Source: Harriotta raleighana
Lineage: Eukaryota
NCBI GenBank assembly: GCA_050575255.1
Contig: JBNZDD010013638.1
Location: 51,530-115,529 of the forward strand
Direction of reading: 5' to 3'
DNA: 64,000 nucleotides
Part shown: positions 40,986 to 55,200 of the stretch, piece after piece
How the letters are laid out: each line of letters begins with the position of its first letter
Position numbering within the stretch: the first letter of the stretch is position 1
Translations under genes and position numbers: made by a program
The notes under the pieces: model-generated
What the model was told of the DNA's origin: nothing
Databases searched by the model: none
What the model saw: the letters and a program-made list of their open reading frames with translations, nothing else

Positions 40986-42674
40986 AAGCTAGTTTCCCAG
41001 AAAGTGCAGAAATATGAATTCATGTAAATTAAGACTGAAATTAACACTTTTCCACAATTCTGCATAATCATAAATGTTAAGACAAGGCTCTTAAATCTAA
41101 CAACATGGAGATTTGGGGACTCTTGCTTGAGTTTGGGCCTTTGTTGAGGGAGAACACAAGGAGCTTTCTACAGGAGTATTCAATGCTGACTCTGGATATA
41201 AAAACATAGGAAAATGTTTCACCTGTAAACTGACAACCCACAGACAGATGAACACAAAACTATTTTAGAACTTTCTCCAGCACTAATTAATTCCCAGTAA
41301 TTTTAAATTCAACACAATGAATGTGCTTAAACGTTGTTGGAGTTTACTTTTAGGCAATTTATCAGCCTATGTTTTGTTTCTGAAATAACATTTTAGAAGA
41401 ACATAAGAAATGCTGGATGAAAAAAGACTAATGTCCACCTTCCTGGCAGTCACATGCACATGTCCCAAACTTCCTATGTACTATATCTGATCCCGGATAT
41501 TAAGAGGTGGATTGGGGCCAGTTTGTAAATGGGATTATTATTCCTGCCAAAAGTCGTGGCTAATATTTTTCCAGATAATGCAAAGGTACAGGATGGTGAT
41601 TGCGGCATTTAAAATCACTGATACAATGTGAACTTATTCACACAGTTTGAGATCCTCACAGCTCTTTAAACCCCATTCAATTCCATGTTCTGTGGCTGCC
41701 GCTGGTCGAACGTCTACAGATGCTCAACCCTCATTGTGGGCATTTGTCTGGACTTAGCTGTATTAGCAATTTTTATAAAATATTTGAATTTTTTTTCATG
41801 ATTAGAATGACTCTTTGCCACCTATTTCTGTTCTCCCCCTCCCTGACATGTAGCACAGACCTGTCCTAACTTGTGGGCACAACTAAGTTGCTGCCCAGCA
41901 TCACCTGTCCACATTACAGTTGAGCTAGCCTCACTGGAAAGTGATGAGTGATCCAGGCTGACTTGCTCTCAAAAGACTCCCACTTTCTCTGTGGGAATGT
42001 ATCTTATTCTCTGCACAGCAGCGAAACTTTACAGACTCAAGTTGTGGGAAACTGGCTTGGTGGATTGGTTTCAGGTTCATTTATTTGTCATGTTCTCCCC
42101 TCTTCAGGCAAGGGTTCATGCCTCAAGCAAGAGGGAACGAATCACCCACCTTAAGCCAAGCTGTCCACCTGTGCCCAGAGTGCTGTTGCCCTTATATATC
42201 TCCTCCCCTCATCCTGTTTCAGGAGTGAACCTTGCAGGTCAGGGAGAAACCTTGGCCATGTTTCTTTATTCAACAAGCCTAATAATAATCCCTCCAAGCC
42301 AACAAACAATAATAAAATTGGTCATTTCAATCCACGACTGTTTGTGGGACACTGCTGTGCACAATTGGCTGCTGCATTTCTCCCACAAATTTATTCTTTA
42401 AAGAATAAAGTGAAGCACTTTAAGACGTCTAGAAGATGTGAAAAGTGCTATATCAAATGCAAGGATTATTGTTATTATACCTTATACCCTACCACTCTGG
42501 TAAACTACCAACAACAACTTGCACTTATATTGCTCCCTCCATACAAAAGTCTCAGGGTACTTAACAATGGTGGGAGACCTGGTGGGGAGGTGACCGTTTG
42601 AAAAGAGGGAGAGGTTGCAAGGCAGAGGGTTTGAGGGTTCAATAGTTTGGGGGAATACTAGCTGCATGCTTGAC

Positions 42675-43510
42675 AACAACAACAAAATAACAATACAATT
42701 ACATTTTTAGAGCGCCTTTCATGTTGGGAAGACGTCCCAAGACGCTGCAAAGTATTGGTTTCCAATTGTGTGTGAGGGACAAGCAGGAGGCCGGCATCAG
42801 CGGAGGCACCGGGTGTTGGATTAGGAGATTGGAGATGTAGGGAGGTGCCAGGAAGTGAAGGGATTTGAACACTAGTATGAGGATCTTGAAGTCAATTCGT
42901 TCATTGTTGGGGAGCCAGTGGAGCCTGGGCCAGATGTGGGTGAGATGTGGGTTTGGAGTTTGGTCTGGATCAGTCTGAGGGTAACACTAGAGTTCTGAAT
43001 GAGCAGGACTTTTTGAATAGTGGAGCTGGGGAGACCGGCGAGGAGTGCATTTGAGTAATTCAGGCCGGAGGTGACAAAACACATGCACAAGAGTTTAAGC
43101 TGCACTTGGGATAGGTATGATCAGATGCAAACAATGTGGTAGAAATGGAGGAATGCAGTCCTGGTCACAGACCAGATGTAGAAGAGGAAGGACAGCTAGG
43201 GGTCAAACTGGACGCCTAGATTGCGCACTGATTCAGAGAAAGAGCCCTGGGAGGTTGAGAAGTTCAGATCCGCAGGAGTGAAACCATTGATGGGAGCCAA
43301 GGAATATGGCTTCCGTTTTCTCCACATTCAGCTGCAGGAAGTTTACAATCATCCAGGCCATGATGTCTGTCAGACAAGCTGATAGATGGAGTCGATGCTG
43401 GGGGAGGCAAAATCGATTTGTGTGTCACCTGTATACATGTGGAAGTTTACTCTATGTCTGTCTCCAGATGTCATCTGCAAGCGGAGCATATAGATAAAGA
43501 AAAGAAGAGG
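42675..43510 (-). mobile_element. Older, internally deleted L2 LINE fragment(s) (approximate bounds)
   Basis: FVTSGLNYSNALLAGLPSSTI.K..LIQNS; L2 tail at about 42675-42750. Confidence 0.75.
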
Positions 43511-44532
43511 ATGGTGCTTATACTCCACACCAGTTCTGCTTAATAACCTGTATAATACAGTTCATAAGAACATCGGTGAAGTCAGGTTTAATTAGACGTT
43601 CTGCTCTGGCCTACCCAATTACATGGTATTCAATTTATGATCAAAGATATCTCAATTTAGCAAGAATGTGTAAAGTCTTGCTAAATATAGGTTATAACCA
43701 GAAAATGCATAGCAGCAACAGCAGCAGCAGCAGTGAGATAGGAGACTGAAATGACAGATGCAATCTGGTTTGCAAAGGATTGTAAATATTGAATTCCTGG
43801 GGAGAAATTCTACCTCTTTATGCACCATTACAGAGTGTCCTGAATTAACTTTGAGGCAGTTTGCTGTAGTTCTACAACAACATTTTTAGCTTCAAAATGT
43901 ATTTAAGAATTTGATAAATTCTGGACATGCCAAAATTGTGAGAAAATAGATTTGATATTTATGGTCCTTTGTGAATCCAAAACTCGGCATTCTTCACCTC
44001 AAATATATTTTTGCCCTTGAGCTCTTCACTCGGGCAAGCTGTCTCTTGCTGAACATCACGTATCATGCCGTGTGTTCACAATGGGGATGTGTGAATTCAT
44101 AACCTTGGAACTAACAACACAGAGACAACTACTTGTCCCACTATTCATCATTGCCATCAATAAAATGAAACTTAAAAAATATTTTTGGTGAAGGGATGAA
44201 GGGTAGAATCTAGTCAGAGATGACATAAGAATTGGGTTTGATCGACCTGTCAGTCCTTTGCGATTTTTAGAGAATATACATCTAAGATGTGAAGTGCAAG
44301 TTGCACCTTCTGCTATGTTGCTGATGTTCCTTCTAAATCATGCATGAAATCTCATTTTAATGCAGAAGATAGCTAGTTTCCAGTGTGAAGTAAACAGCCC
44401 AAATAGCTGACCTAAGCTGCAGCTCCATTTTTATTGCACTTGCATGGAACTTGGATGTAAGTGATTTAAAAACTCCAAGTGACATTTTAAATTAAATGTT
44501 TGATTATCCAAGTTGCGGTGACATCCACATTA

Positions 44533-47500
44533 ATTGCCTGTATGGTATGTCGAAGCACTCACACTCACTATACAATAAACACATTTTACACTCACTGTAA
44601 AATATTAAAATGAATTACATTATTAAAATGAAATGGTGGTCCATTATAATTGATACAGAAATGTGCGATTGTTACACATATAGGTCAGATCTGTACGTCA
44701 ACATAATATCACAAAGGTGGAACTGTCTCATATGCTTTTCATGACAAGTCAACTATTAAATGGCAATCTGATTTGAATCTATTTTCATCTCTCTCAAAGG
44801 CGATGGTCATTGAACAATTCAACAGCTTGAAGCAGCTTGAGGCTTCCAACCAAATGTAACATTCTTTTCATTACTTATTTACAATTAAAAGAATAAGATA
44901 AAAGTTTTAATGAACATCATGGAATAGATCATATTCTTCGGGCACATTTTTTTCTTTGCTAAGCAGTTGATTTCAAACATAATTTGCTGTGATGCCTTAT
45001 ACATCTGGATTATTGTTATTTATTGTACTAATGTTGTTACAGAAAATCTGTTATCATAAATATCATCACTTTTTACTTTGTACCAAGGTACTTGAAGGTA
45101 CTGTGATTTAATTCATATTGATATGAGAAAGCCAAGTCTAGTTGGTGAAGGAAATAGTGTTATAAAAATGTGCGATCTCTAAATGGTGATCAGGAGCTTA
45201 ACATCAATGTGTGACAATTTCCTGCTACAATTAAAGAACAAAAATACGTGCAGTTTTACCTATTTTGAGACATGGTATTTGAGACAATGATGATTATTAT
45301 TTTAGAATAAAATGCAGTGGTACATGATTCGCTTCTGTAAACCAAATGCTTGATTTGGATAAATTGTGAAAGAGTTATAAACCAGCCAGTTTTTTTCATG
45401 TATCATTTAATTTAAGAATTTGACTTTTCTTTCATTTAATGGTGATTCTTTTAGATTTTATTTTAGTTTTAATAAAAATTGGGGTAAGAACATACATGGG
45501 TTGATGGTGTCACCAATGTAGAATGTCAGGATTTATTATTTTTACTTCTGATCCTGCTGATAGTTGATTAAGTGTCCATGAACATGTGTTTAATTGTGGT
45601 GTTGTTTTTAGTTTATTTGCTTTCCAAAGTTCTCCTTAAATAAATCTACTGAAATAGAGCCATGCTCCCCTCCATTTTGTATGTCATTTCCTTCCTCACT
45701 TACGGTAATCACTTGATCCAATTTTTACACACAACTTTGCACCTAATTTTGTTTGTCTATTTTAGGTAGAAAATAAATTAACTTTTTCCTTGCAACATCC
45801 CGGTGTTTGAAATCTTGGGGGTTTGGCAACATTGGAATTGCGTGCGAGAACTGCGGGGTCGTCATCATTATGTACAGAAACACCAAAATGAGAAGATATC
45901 ACAAGAGAATTAGGCGTCCTTTCAGCCCAATCTTGCACTTCCAGAACACATATCCATTGTATTGTATTCACATTTCTAGGATCAAGCTGTTTCCTGGTCT
46001 CAAGCACCCTTCCTGGTAACCCATGTCTCTGTTGAAAGAAGCACGTTTTGATGTCTATCCTAAACATAACCCTTCATCGAACATGAATCTGTGGCCTATT
46101 ATCCTGCCACCTTGGCATATATGAAGGTAATGGTCTTATTGAGACAAGGAGCTCACCAGTTACAGTGTGAACATACACCTGCTTGATGGACTNATTGCCT
46201 GTATGGTATGTCGAAGCACTCACACTCACTATACAATAAACACATTTTACACTCACTGTAAAATATTAAAATGAATTACATTATTAAAATGAAATGGTGG
46301 TCCATTATAATTGATACAGAAATGTGCGATTGTTACACATATAGGTCAGATCTGTACGTCAACATAATATCACAAAGGTGGAACTGTCTCATATGCTTTT
46401 CATGACAAGTCAACTATTAAATGGCAATCTGATTTGAATCTATTTTCATCTCTCTCAAAGGCGATGGTCATTGAACAATTCAACAGCTTGAAGCAGCTTG
46501 AGGCTTCCAACCAAATGTAACATTCTTTTCATTACTTATTTACAATTAAAAGAATAAGATAAAAGTTTTAATGAACATCATGGAATAGATCATATTCTTC
46601 GGGCACATTTTTTTCTTTGCTAAGCAGTTGATTTCAAACATAATTTGCTGTGATGCCTTATACATCTGGATTATTGTTATTTATTGTACTAATGTTGTTA
46701 CAGAAAATCTGTTATCATAAATATCATCACTTTTTACTTTGTACCAAGGTACTTGAAGGTACTGTGATTTAATTCATATTGATATGAGAAAGCCAAGTCT
46801 AGTTGGTGAAGGAAATAGTGTTATAAAAATGTGCGATCTCTAAATGGTGATCAGGAGCTTAACATCAATGTGTGACAATTTCCTGCTACAATTAAAGAAC
46901 AAAAATACGTGCAGTTTTACCTATTTTGAGACATGGTATTTGAGACAATGATGATTATTATTTTAGAATAAAATGCAGTGGTACATGATTCGCTTCTGTA
47001 AAGCAAATGCTTGATTTGGATAAATTGTGAAAGAGTTATAAACCAGCCAGTTTTTTTCATGTATCATTTAATTTAAGAATTTGACTTTTCTTTCATTTAA
47101 TGGTGATTCTTTTAGATTTTATTTTAGTTTTAATAAAAATTGGGGTAAGAACATACATGGGTTGATGGTGTCACCAATGTAGAATGTCAGGATTTATTAT
47201 TTTTACTTCTGATCCTGCTGATAGTTGATTAAGTGTCCATGAACATGTGTTTAATTGTGGTGTTGTTTTTAGTTTATTTGCTTTCCAAAGTTCTCCTTAA
47301 ATAAATCTACTGAAATAGAGCCATGCTCCCCTCCATTTTGTATGTCATTTCCTTCCTCACTTACGGTAATCACTTGACCCAATTTTTACACACAACTTTG
47401 CACCTAATTTTGTTTGTCTATTTTAGGTAGAAAATAAATTCACTTTTTCCTTGCAACATCCCGGTGTTTGAAATCTTGGGGGTTTGGCAACATTGGAATT

Positions 47501-47853
47501 GCGTGCGAGAACTGCGGGGTCGTCATCATTATGTACAGAAACACCAAAATGAGAAGATATCACAAGAGAATTAGGTGTCCTTTCAGCCCAATCTTGCACT
47601 TCCAGAACATATATCCATTGTATTGTATTCACATTTCTAGGATCAAGCTGTTTCCTGGTCTCAAGCACCCTTCCTGGTAACCCATGTCTCTGTTGAAAGA
47701 AGCACGTTTTGATGTCTATCCTAAACATAACCCTTCATCGAACATGAATCTGTGGCCTATTATCCTGCCACCTTGGCATATATGAAGGTAATGGCCTTAT
47801 TGAGACAAGGAGCTCACCAGTTACAGTGTGAACATACACCTGCTTGATGGACT
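44533..47853. repeat. Near-perfect tandem duplication of 1660 bp (44533-46192 and 46194-47853) separated by one N
   Basis: Offset 1661; about six substitutions seen by eye; the ORFs at 45762/47423 and 45807/47468 are duplicated. Confidence 0.97.
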
Positions 47854-48499
47854 TACAATAACATTTCTCAGTTATACCTTATGCAGTCAGTAGCATAAAA
47901 AAAGACTTCTGTAAATCACAGGCACAAAAATGTATGGACCAGAGAGAATCATTGGCAAATCTAATTCTGTTTATTATCCATCTTTCAAGTTTATTCCTTA
48001 AACTGCGAACACTGTATTTAGTAAGTGTGTGTGCTATGCCAAATATTACTTGGCAAATAAATATGCACAGATGTGTACCAGTTCTTTCAAGTTCCTTCCA
48101 AGACTCCTTTACAACCTCATAATCATTCCCAGGTAGAGGTTTGAGGCTGGGAATAATAACATTAATACGAAAAAAAATAAAAATCACTAATAAAATGGCA
48201 GCTCCTGCCAAAAATAAACTCAGTTTTGCTTTGAAGCCATGACCTGTTAAAGCTGGGTATCTTCACTGTGGTGGTACAGATTAATTAGAGTCAAAGAATG
48301 TTACAGCACAGGATGGGGCCACTTTGCCCATCAATTCCATGATTTTTTCACCCTACATGGACCACTTTGTTCCCATAACGTTAAATAATACTTTGTTTTT
48401 CAAGCATTTACACCCACAAAGTACAGTCGCTACACTTTATACTAAATCCTGTCAAGGGTTTGGGGATGTCTTCCTGACATGAAACCTGTATCAAAATGT

Positions 48500-48787
48500 C
48501 CTCTAAACCACCCACTGCACCATGGTGGGCGAGCTTCCAGCCACTTTGCCCCCAACATCTGGAATTGCATCCCGCAGCCCTTCTGCCTCGTCCCTTCCCT
48601 GGCCTCCTTCAAGTTCTGCCTCAAGAGCCTCCTCTTCAACCATGCCATTGGTCAGCCCCCTTTTCCCTCTCTTTCTTCCACCCTATCTGATCCCGTCCCC
48701 AGCTCAGGTCCGAAACACTGACTGTCCAACGCCTTGTGACATCCGCCTGACGTAAAAGGCGCTACACAAGTGTAATTTTGTTGTTAT
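48500..48787 (+). mobile_element. L2 LINE 3' end (approximate bounds)
   Basis: GGRASSHFAPNIWNCIP...SLASFKFCLKSLLF; tail gtaattttgttgtt. Confidence 0.85.
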
Positions 48788-51700
48788 GATTTTTTCCTCC
48801 ATAAATCTCTACAACATATCAATTCACAATGAAATGAATGGTACTAAACAGGTTGGACTCAAGCCAGACCAGAGTCCAGCTATCAATGTAAATGTTTGTA
48901 GGTGTCAAATCATTCTGGAGTCGATTCATTTATCGAGCATTTTATTTCACTGAAACAAGCAGTCAATGGAACATTCCTAGTCACCAATCATATTCCAATT
49001 TTACTAACCCTTGAATTTAATATAGCTCATTTTGTATCAGGAGGCCATCTCAAATGAGTTACTGTAATGTGTAGTGACCTTGTATTTTGTAGGGAAATGC
49101 CACAGTTCCTTGCAATGCATCTAAGGCATGTACTCTCACAAATTCATAAATGAGTTAAGGATAAAGAAAACTTATATGATTTTCCTACTTCCTTCAACTC
49201 CTTTGTCCTTTAGTGACCTGGTTATGAACACCCATCATGTCCGTGGCTTCATAACCAGTGGCATCAGTTTGGAAAAGGATCCCTCATTGACTGCTTTCCT
49301 GGGTTTACCTCTAATCTTATAAACTATAAAATGACTGTAACAGTGGAACCCAAACCTCCTCCTTTCTGTTCATAACCAAAACCCATTAATGTGACTGTCA
49401 GTCAGAGTTAACACTCTCCATATTGACTCAATAGAATGTGAAATCCTGAAAGAAAACAAATGTACATTAAATCAACAGCTAGAAATCAACAGCTGGAGCT
49501 AACTAGGGAACAGTGATGGTCGTTCTGCTCTAATTGTTACATGCAATGAATTCAACAAAGTGCATAAACACTATTCTTAACGTTTGGTAAGTTTGCTGAT
49601 ATTTCATTCCTGTGTGCTTCCCGAAATGGATTCAACACATTTTAAAAGTGTTATTTGATTTCATATTCATAAATCCTGTTTAATTTTATTTTAAATCACA
49701 TTAAATTCACTGATGAGTGCACAGGAACAAATTCACTAAGAGAGCAGAGCAGAACAGCATTCAGCCTACAGATGTGAATCTGCTTCATGGAGCATTGAGT
49801 TTTAATCTATGTATATGGGTTTGAAGCAGCGTTTATTTGCTTGCAAGCCAATAGGCATATTATGTCTAGATTTACTGTTAAAATCCTATTGTAAGGTAAG
49901 ATGTTACTTTACACTCAGAAATATTAGCCTGAGTACTGCGTCATATGTAGATTGCTTGATATAGTACCTCCAGATTAATGCAATAATACCACTAATCAAC
50001 TAATGCAACAGAGGAGATTTATGATTGTTAAGTAAGATGTAGACATTAAAGAAAGTATATAATCCTTTTGGGGTCAGATTGGCTGAAATGTAGTAAAGTA
50101 ATGCCTGAAACATGTTGAATATATCAATTACAGCAACTAATTGTTGGAAATATTGTTGTTTGGCATTCAAAGATCTTTCTAAACCATTTAAGGCAAATAC
50201 TTTGCCAATATAAATGAACAGGAGCAGGAAATACTTGTGCGAAGCTTTATTTTTGAAAATGTCTTGAATTCAGGAGGGATTAAATCGAAGTATTAGGAAC
50301 TTGCTCTTTCAATTCAATCGGATTATTCTTATTCCAGTGCAGCACTATATATACTGTATCACCCAAATTATTTCCCAATCAGCAGACAGTCTTCACATGT
50401 CTTACCAATTGGCGCTCAATAGCTATTTGCCCAGTTAGATATTTGTCTGTAGAAACCATTTTGTTCGTGAATTGAAGAATAAGAAACAACTGACAGAAAC
50501 TGCTGGTGCATTTTGTTGTTTCCTAACATCATGTCAAAGAATGCGTCAAACCCTCCTGTATGCGTACAGTTGTTCTCAATGATTCTACTGGTTGTTTTTG
50601 GACTTTACTGTGTGTTGAAAGGAGCTTCTTTTGCCTCGTTCAGCTGGTGGTACATCCTGGGAGCCTCCTGCATTGTGGCAGCTGCCTTCGCTTTATTCCG
50701 TGTGTATGAAACCTGCGTATTAACATCTTTGAAAGAGACCACTTCAGAACATCCTTCACCTAACACCTGAAAAGTGATGACCTGAAAACTGATCTACAAC
50801 AACCAGCTGCAGTCGGGAAGAGAACATTTTACCGCAGATCAACTTCGCTGTTTAAAGTTACATGTCATCACTGGTACAACAGATATCTCTTAGGCAAGTT
50901 TCCTTATTTCACATGCCTCTGTTTACCTAGGATTAAGTAGGAACCCAGTTGTTGGTTGATTGGCAGATAACTTTCCTTCCCACCAAAAATGGACCCTCAA
51001 TTCAAAAATGTTTGTGGGACAATGCTGTGCAAAATCGGCTGCCGCTCTTTGCTCACTTTAAGATATATTCTGTGAAGCATTTTGAGATGTCTCAATGATG
51101 TGATATGGCTCTAAATAAAATGAAAAGATTATTATTATTATTATATTGGATATTCATATTTTTCCTGCTGGGCTGGGTAAAATTCTTGGAATGTTTATTG
51201 TCTAGTTTGGGTGATTCAAACCAAATGATTTCTTTTGGGGGGGAAATATATATTTATTTGTAAATATAGTATTTGGTACAATATACCATGTAAAATACAA
51301 CATAATCTCCCCTCTGCTTCTGAATATATTGATATCCACACATTTAGAAGCAAATCTTCTCCAGCATCTTCACCGTGCCCAAGTGCCCGTACTTAACATG
51401 TCAGCATAGGTCGAGAGTATGAGCAGCCTATTCATCAGGGCTGGGGAGTGGGGGAGAGCAAGTCACAGTCGAGTCCAACTCTGACCACACCAACGTCCAC
51501 AAACAAATTTTACAACAGCAAGAAAAGGGGACAGTACCGTGCTCAAGAATAGTAACCCTGCTTGATTTTTCCCCTCCTTAGCCCAATAGATACTGAGGCA
51601 AATTGTAGGACAGTATAATGCTGACATAGCTGAGATCACAAACTCAGCACTGACTGTGGATCAAACCTGAAGCCTTCTTTTCATAGCAGATAGTGACTTT

Positions 51701-52606
51701 GCATTCTGAACCACTGGAGAAATCTTTGGGATAAATGATTTACCGAAGAATTAGCAGTATAGTTTGCTACAAACTGTATTTGTAACCATAATTCAGTACA
51801 ATTACCTTAACGCTAATGTGGGATAACTATGCATGTCGGGATTCTACAGCTATTTTTGAGTCATGTTCTACGTCCATCCCTTTGCTGATCACATCCCAAG
51901 GGTGTTTCTTGGCACATCAGTGTCAAGAAGACCATTGGGAGCATCTGTCAAGCTCCAGAGGCTACAATACCCCAATAAAAAAATCTCAATAAAAAAAAAT
52001 TGCTTATATACAAATTCTCTTCCAATTTGGAGTTCAAAACTCTGTGTGACTTTGGAAAAAACAAAGTTTAATTATGAAAATGTACATCATTATAATTGTT
52101 TGGGTGGTTGTTTTGAACTGTAAAAGTGTATGAAATGAATTATTGTAGATATGAAACGTTTGTTATTTATAACTATTGGAAACAGCCGAGTCAATCTGTG
52201 ACCAAGAGCTCAATAAAATATATCAGAATTTATTGTCATTCAATGGCTTTCTTTAAGTATTATTGTGAGCAATGAACATGAGTTACAATGTATTCTTGCG
52301 ATGTAAACTCCTCACTTCCTTTTGGTAAGCTTTTAACTCAGACGTTTGCAAGACCAGAAAAACATTGGTGTCCATCAAACACTACTCTTATAATCCTCAA
52401 TTGATTTTTATAACAAATAACTATCTAAAACCCTCTTGAATTTGCTGACACAATCTACCACCACTTATATCATGAGTAGCCTTTGCTTCATATCCACTAT
52501 TTTCCATCCAAAGTAATTAAACGATCCACTCATCTCTCTCTCTCTCTCATCTGAGATTGAACCCATGCCATGTAGAATTACCCCGTAACTGCTGGAAATC
52601 TAAATT

Positions 52607-53080
52607 AATAATAATAATCCTTGTACATATTTGAAAAACACCTTATCACATCATTGAGACATCTCAAAGTACTTCACGGAATATACTGTAAAGTCTCCCC
52701 TCGACCACTATTCACAAAATCCAGGTAATCCCAAATTCTGCCCGCCCACATTCTCTCCCATACCAAAATCATTCCCCGATTATCCCAGTTCTTGCCAGAC
52801 TTCACTAGCTCCCGGTCTCGGAACAGATCGATTTTAAAATCCTCATTGTTGTCTTCAAATCTCTCCACTCCTCTGCATCCCCCTGCCTCTCTCCTTTCTT
52901 TTTGACTGTGGTTTTGTCCACCTCCCTCTGGCTCGGCCCCGGGATCCGTTACTTGAAGAACTCTGAGACGCTGTCGGGTGTGGAGAGCGCTTTATAAATC
53001 CAAGTTATTGTTGTTGTACCGACTGTATATTTTGTGGGCACGAATGAGGCAGCTAGTTGTGCCACAAACAGTTATGGATT
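52607..53080 (-). mobile_element. SINE 3' half interrupted by a + strand L2 fragment (about 52695-53017)
   Basis: SINE ...atatactgtaaagt, then L2 sequence ending ...caagttattgttgttg, then the SINE resumes at gactgtatattttgtggg. Confidence 0.75.
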
Positions 53081-53834
53081 ACATTCACACAGAGCCTTTC
53101 ACATCAGGTGAAGTAACAGCAAAAATTGTTAAATGTGAGGAGCATTTCAAATAGAAATATAAGTAAGAAATTTGTGACTTTGAGCCAATAGGCAAGGCTG
53201 ATAAGCAACAGTCTCCAACTCCAGTCTATCTCCACTAGGTGACACTCTTGCACGTGATGAAAAAGGCCAGAGTAACACTAGAACTGTATAGTCATTTAGT
53301 CTGCAAACAAAGCAGGTTGCAGAAAATATTTTATATAGTGTCCTTACCTCAAAATTACTGTGCTAAATATCGCTTTGTCTTATCATTATTAAGCATGCAC
53401 AAGGAGACACCTAGCGGTTAGTCCCCTGGTTTAGGCTGACACTATTATAGTGCTGAGGGAGTGATGCATTTGTGGAGGTGCTGTTGTTTGGATGAAAGGT
53501 TAAACCCAGGTCCTGTCTTCCTGTTCAGATGAATGTTAAGAGAATGGAGTTTCTCCCAGAGTCCTGGTCAACAATTCCCAAATGAAAAATTGGTCATTCA
53601 TTTCATGGCTGTGCAATTTGCCTGCAGCATACGTCTAAAATACAGATGGCTGTTTAAACTCTAACAATATACCAATACATATACTCCCTGGAATTAGGTA
53701 AGCAAAGTGGGTAACCTCCATGGGGGGAATGTGTATTCCATTCAAGACACAGAGAAAGTTCCAAGTGTAGATGCCACATATGGAACTCTTAGTCTGGTTT
53801 GGATAATCTTAAAATTTGTGATGGGTTTCTGTGT

Positions 53835-54155
53835 GGAGGGAGCCCTGTACCTTAGTGGTTAGCGCACACGCCTCGCAAGCGAGAGGACGAAGGTTTGATT
53901 CCCAGCTCTACGAAACGTGAGTCAAGCTTCCTTACTCCACACATCTGTTTATCTAAAAGTAAGTAGGAACATGATTATTAGTTGATTGGCAGCCCACAAT
54001 GTGGCAATAATTCCTTTAAAAAATAAAAAACAAAAACGTTGTAGATTGGTTACTCAATCCACAACTGTTTGTGGAACACTGCTATGGGCAATTGGTTGCC
54101 ACGATCGGCTGGTGCGTTCCACCCACAAAATACACAGTCACCACACTTTACAGTA
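53835..54155 (+). mobile_element. tRNA-derived SINE, diverged (approximate bounds)
   Basis: gagccctgtaccttagtggttagcgc head and family body. Confidence 0.75.
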
Positions 54156-54474
54156 GTGCTTTGCAATGTCCTCCCTACATGGCAGGCTATACCAATTATA
54201 TACCATATTTATTTTAAAATATTTATGATGAAATATTTTCTATATCAAATGTGAAGGATTAGTAATTTTACATCAAACCACATCTCTCCATTATAGTATA
54301 GTACTTGGTGGGGAATACTGTATTTGAGGAGGACAGCACCTCCACAAACGTAGCACTCCCCCAGGACTAGGTTAGAGCATCAGCCTTGACTGTCTAAGTA
54401 AGAAATTTGGGAGCTCTGAGTACTGAAGCTCTTAAATTTCTATTTTAAGACATGGTTGGCCTGCTCTGCACATT

Positions 54475-54765
54475 GTGGAATCCAAAAGCTCAGTGGTTAG
54501 AGCACTCGCCTTACAAGTGTGAGCCCTGTGTTCAAATCCAGGCAGGTCAGGGTGAAACCTTGGGCAAATTTCCTTGCTCCACATCCTTGCTCCTAATAAT
54601 AATCCCTCCAAAAAAACTACAATAATAAAAAAATTGGTCATTTCAATCCAGAACTGTTTGTTGGACACTGCTGTGCGCAATCGACTCCCGCATTTCGCCC
54701 ACAAATATCCAGTCAATTCCCCTTACAGGATATTCTGTGAAGTGCTTTGAGATGTCTAGAAGACG
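54475..54765 (+). mobile_element. Young tRNA-derived SINE, 3'-truncated; inverted partner of 55201-55529
   Basis: A and B boxes and family body present; tail lost after agaagacg. Confidence 0.88.
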
Positions 54766-55200
54766 TTACCTGATTTTATTTTAGAGGGGGGTGGGGGAGA
54801 TTAACACAAAGATTATTGCAACTCAATAAAATGTCAGTAACCTGAATTGATTGACCTGTGGTGGATTCCCTTTATTTCCTGGTTTCATTGAAGTGATTTA
54901 ATTCAACTTTTTCATTTAATTTGAACTGATTAATTTAAATGAATGAATAGATTCCAAGCCACATGCAGTTGAATTTGAAGGTGTCTGACACTCACTGAAT
55001 GGGAATTGACTGAGCAGTAGTGACTGGAGTGGATCCTGTGTTAAATATCTGGGAGGCAGACTGTGTGTGTGTGTGTGTGAGAGAGAGAGAGTATGGCTAG
55101 AGGCAAGGCGTGGCTTGTCATTCACTCTCTGTGGAGGGAGGCAGTGAAGGGAGAGAGAGATGGGCTTGTCACTCACATTCTCTCTGGAGGCTGCAGAGAT

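Noticed and set aside
50410-50767. Minus-strand exon-like frame after a cttttcag acceptor
   Set aside because: Interrupted by TAA and with no recognisable homology; probably the shadow of the + strand ORF.
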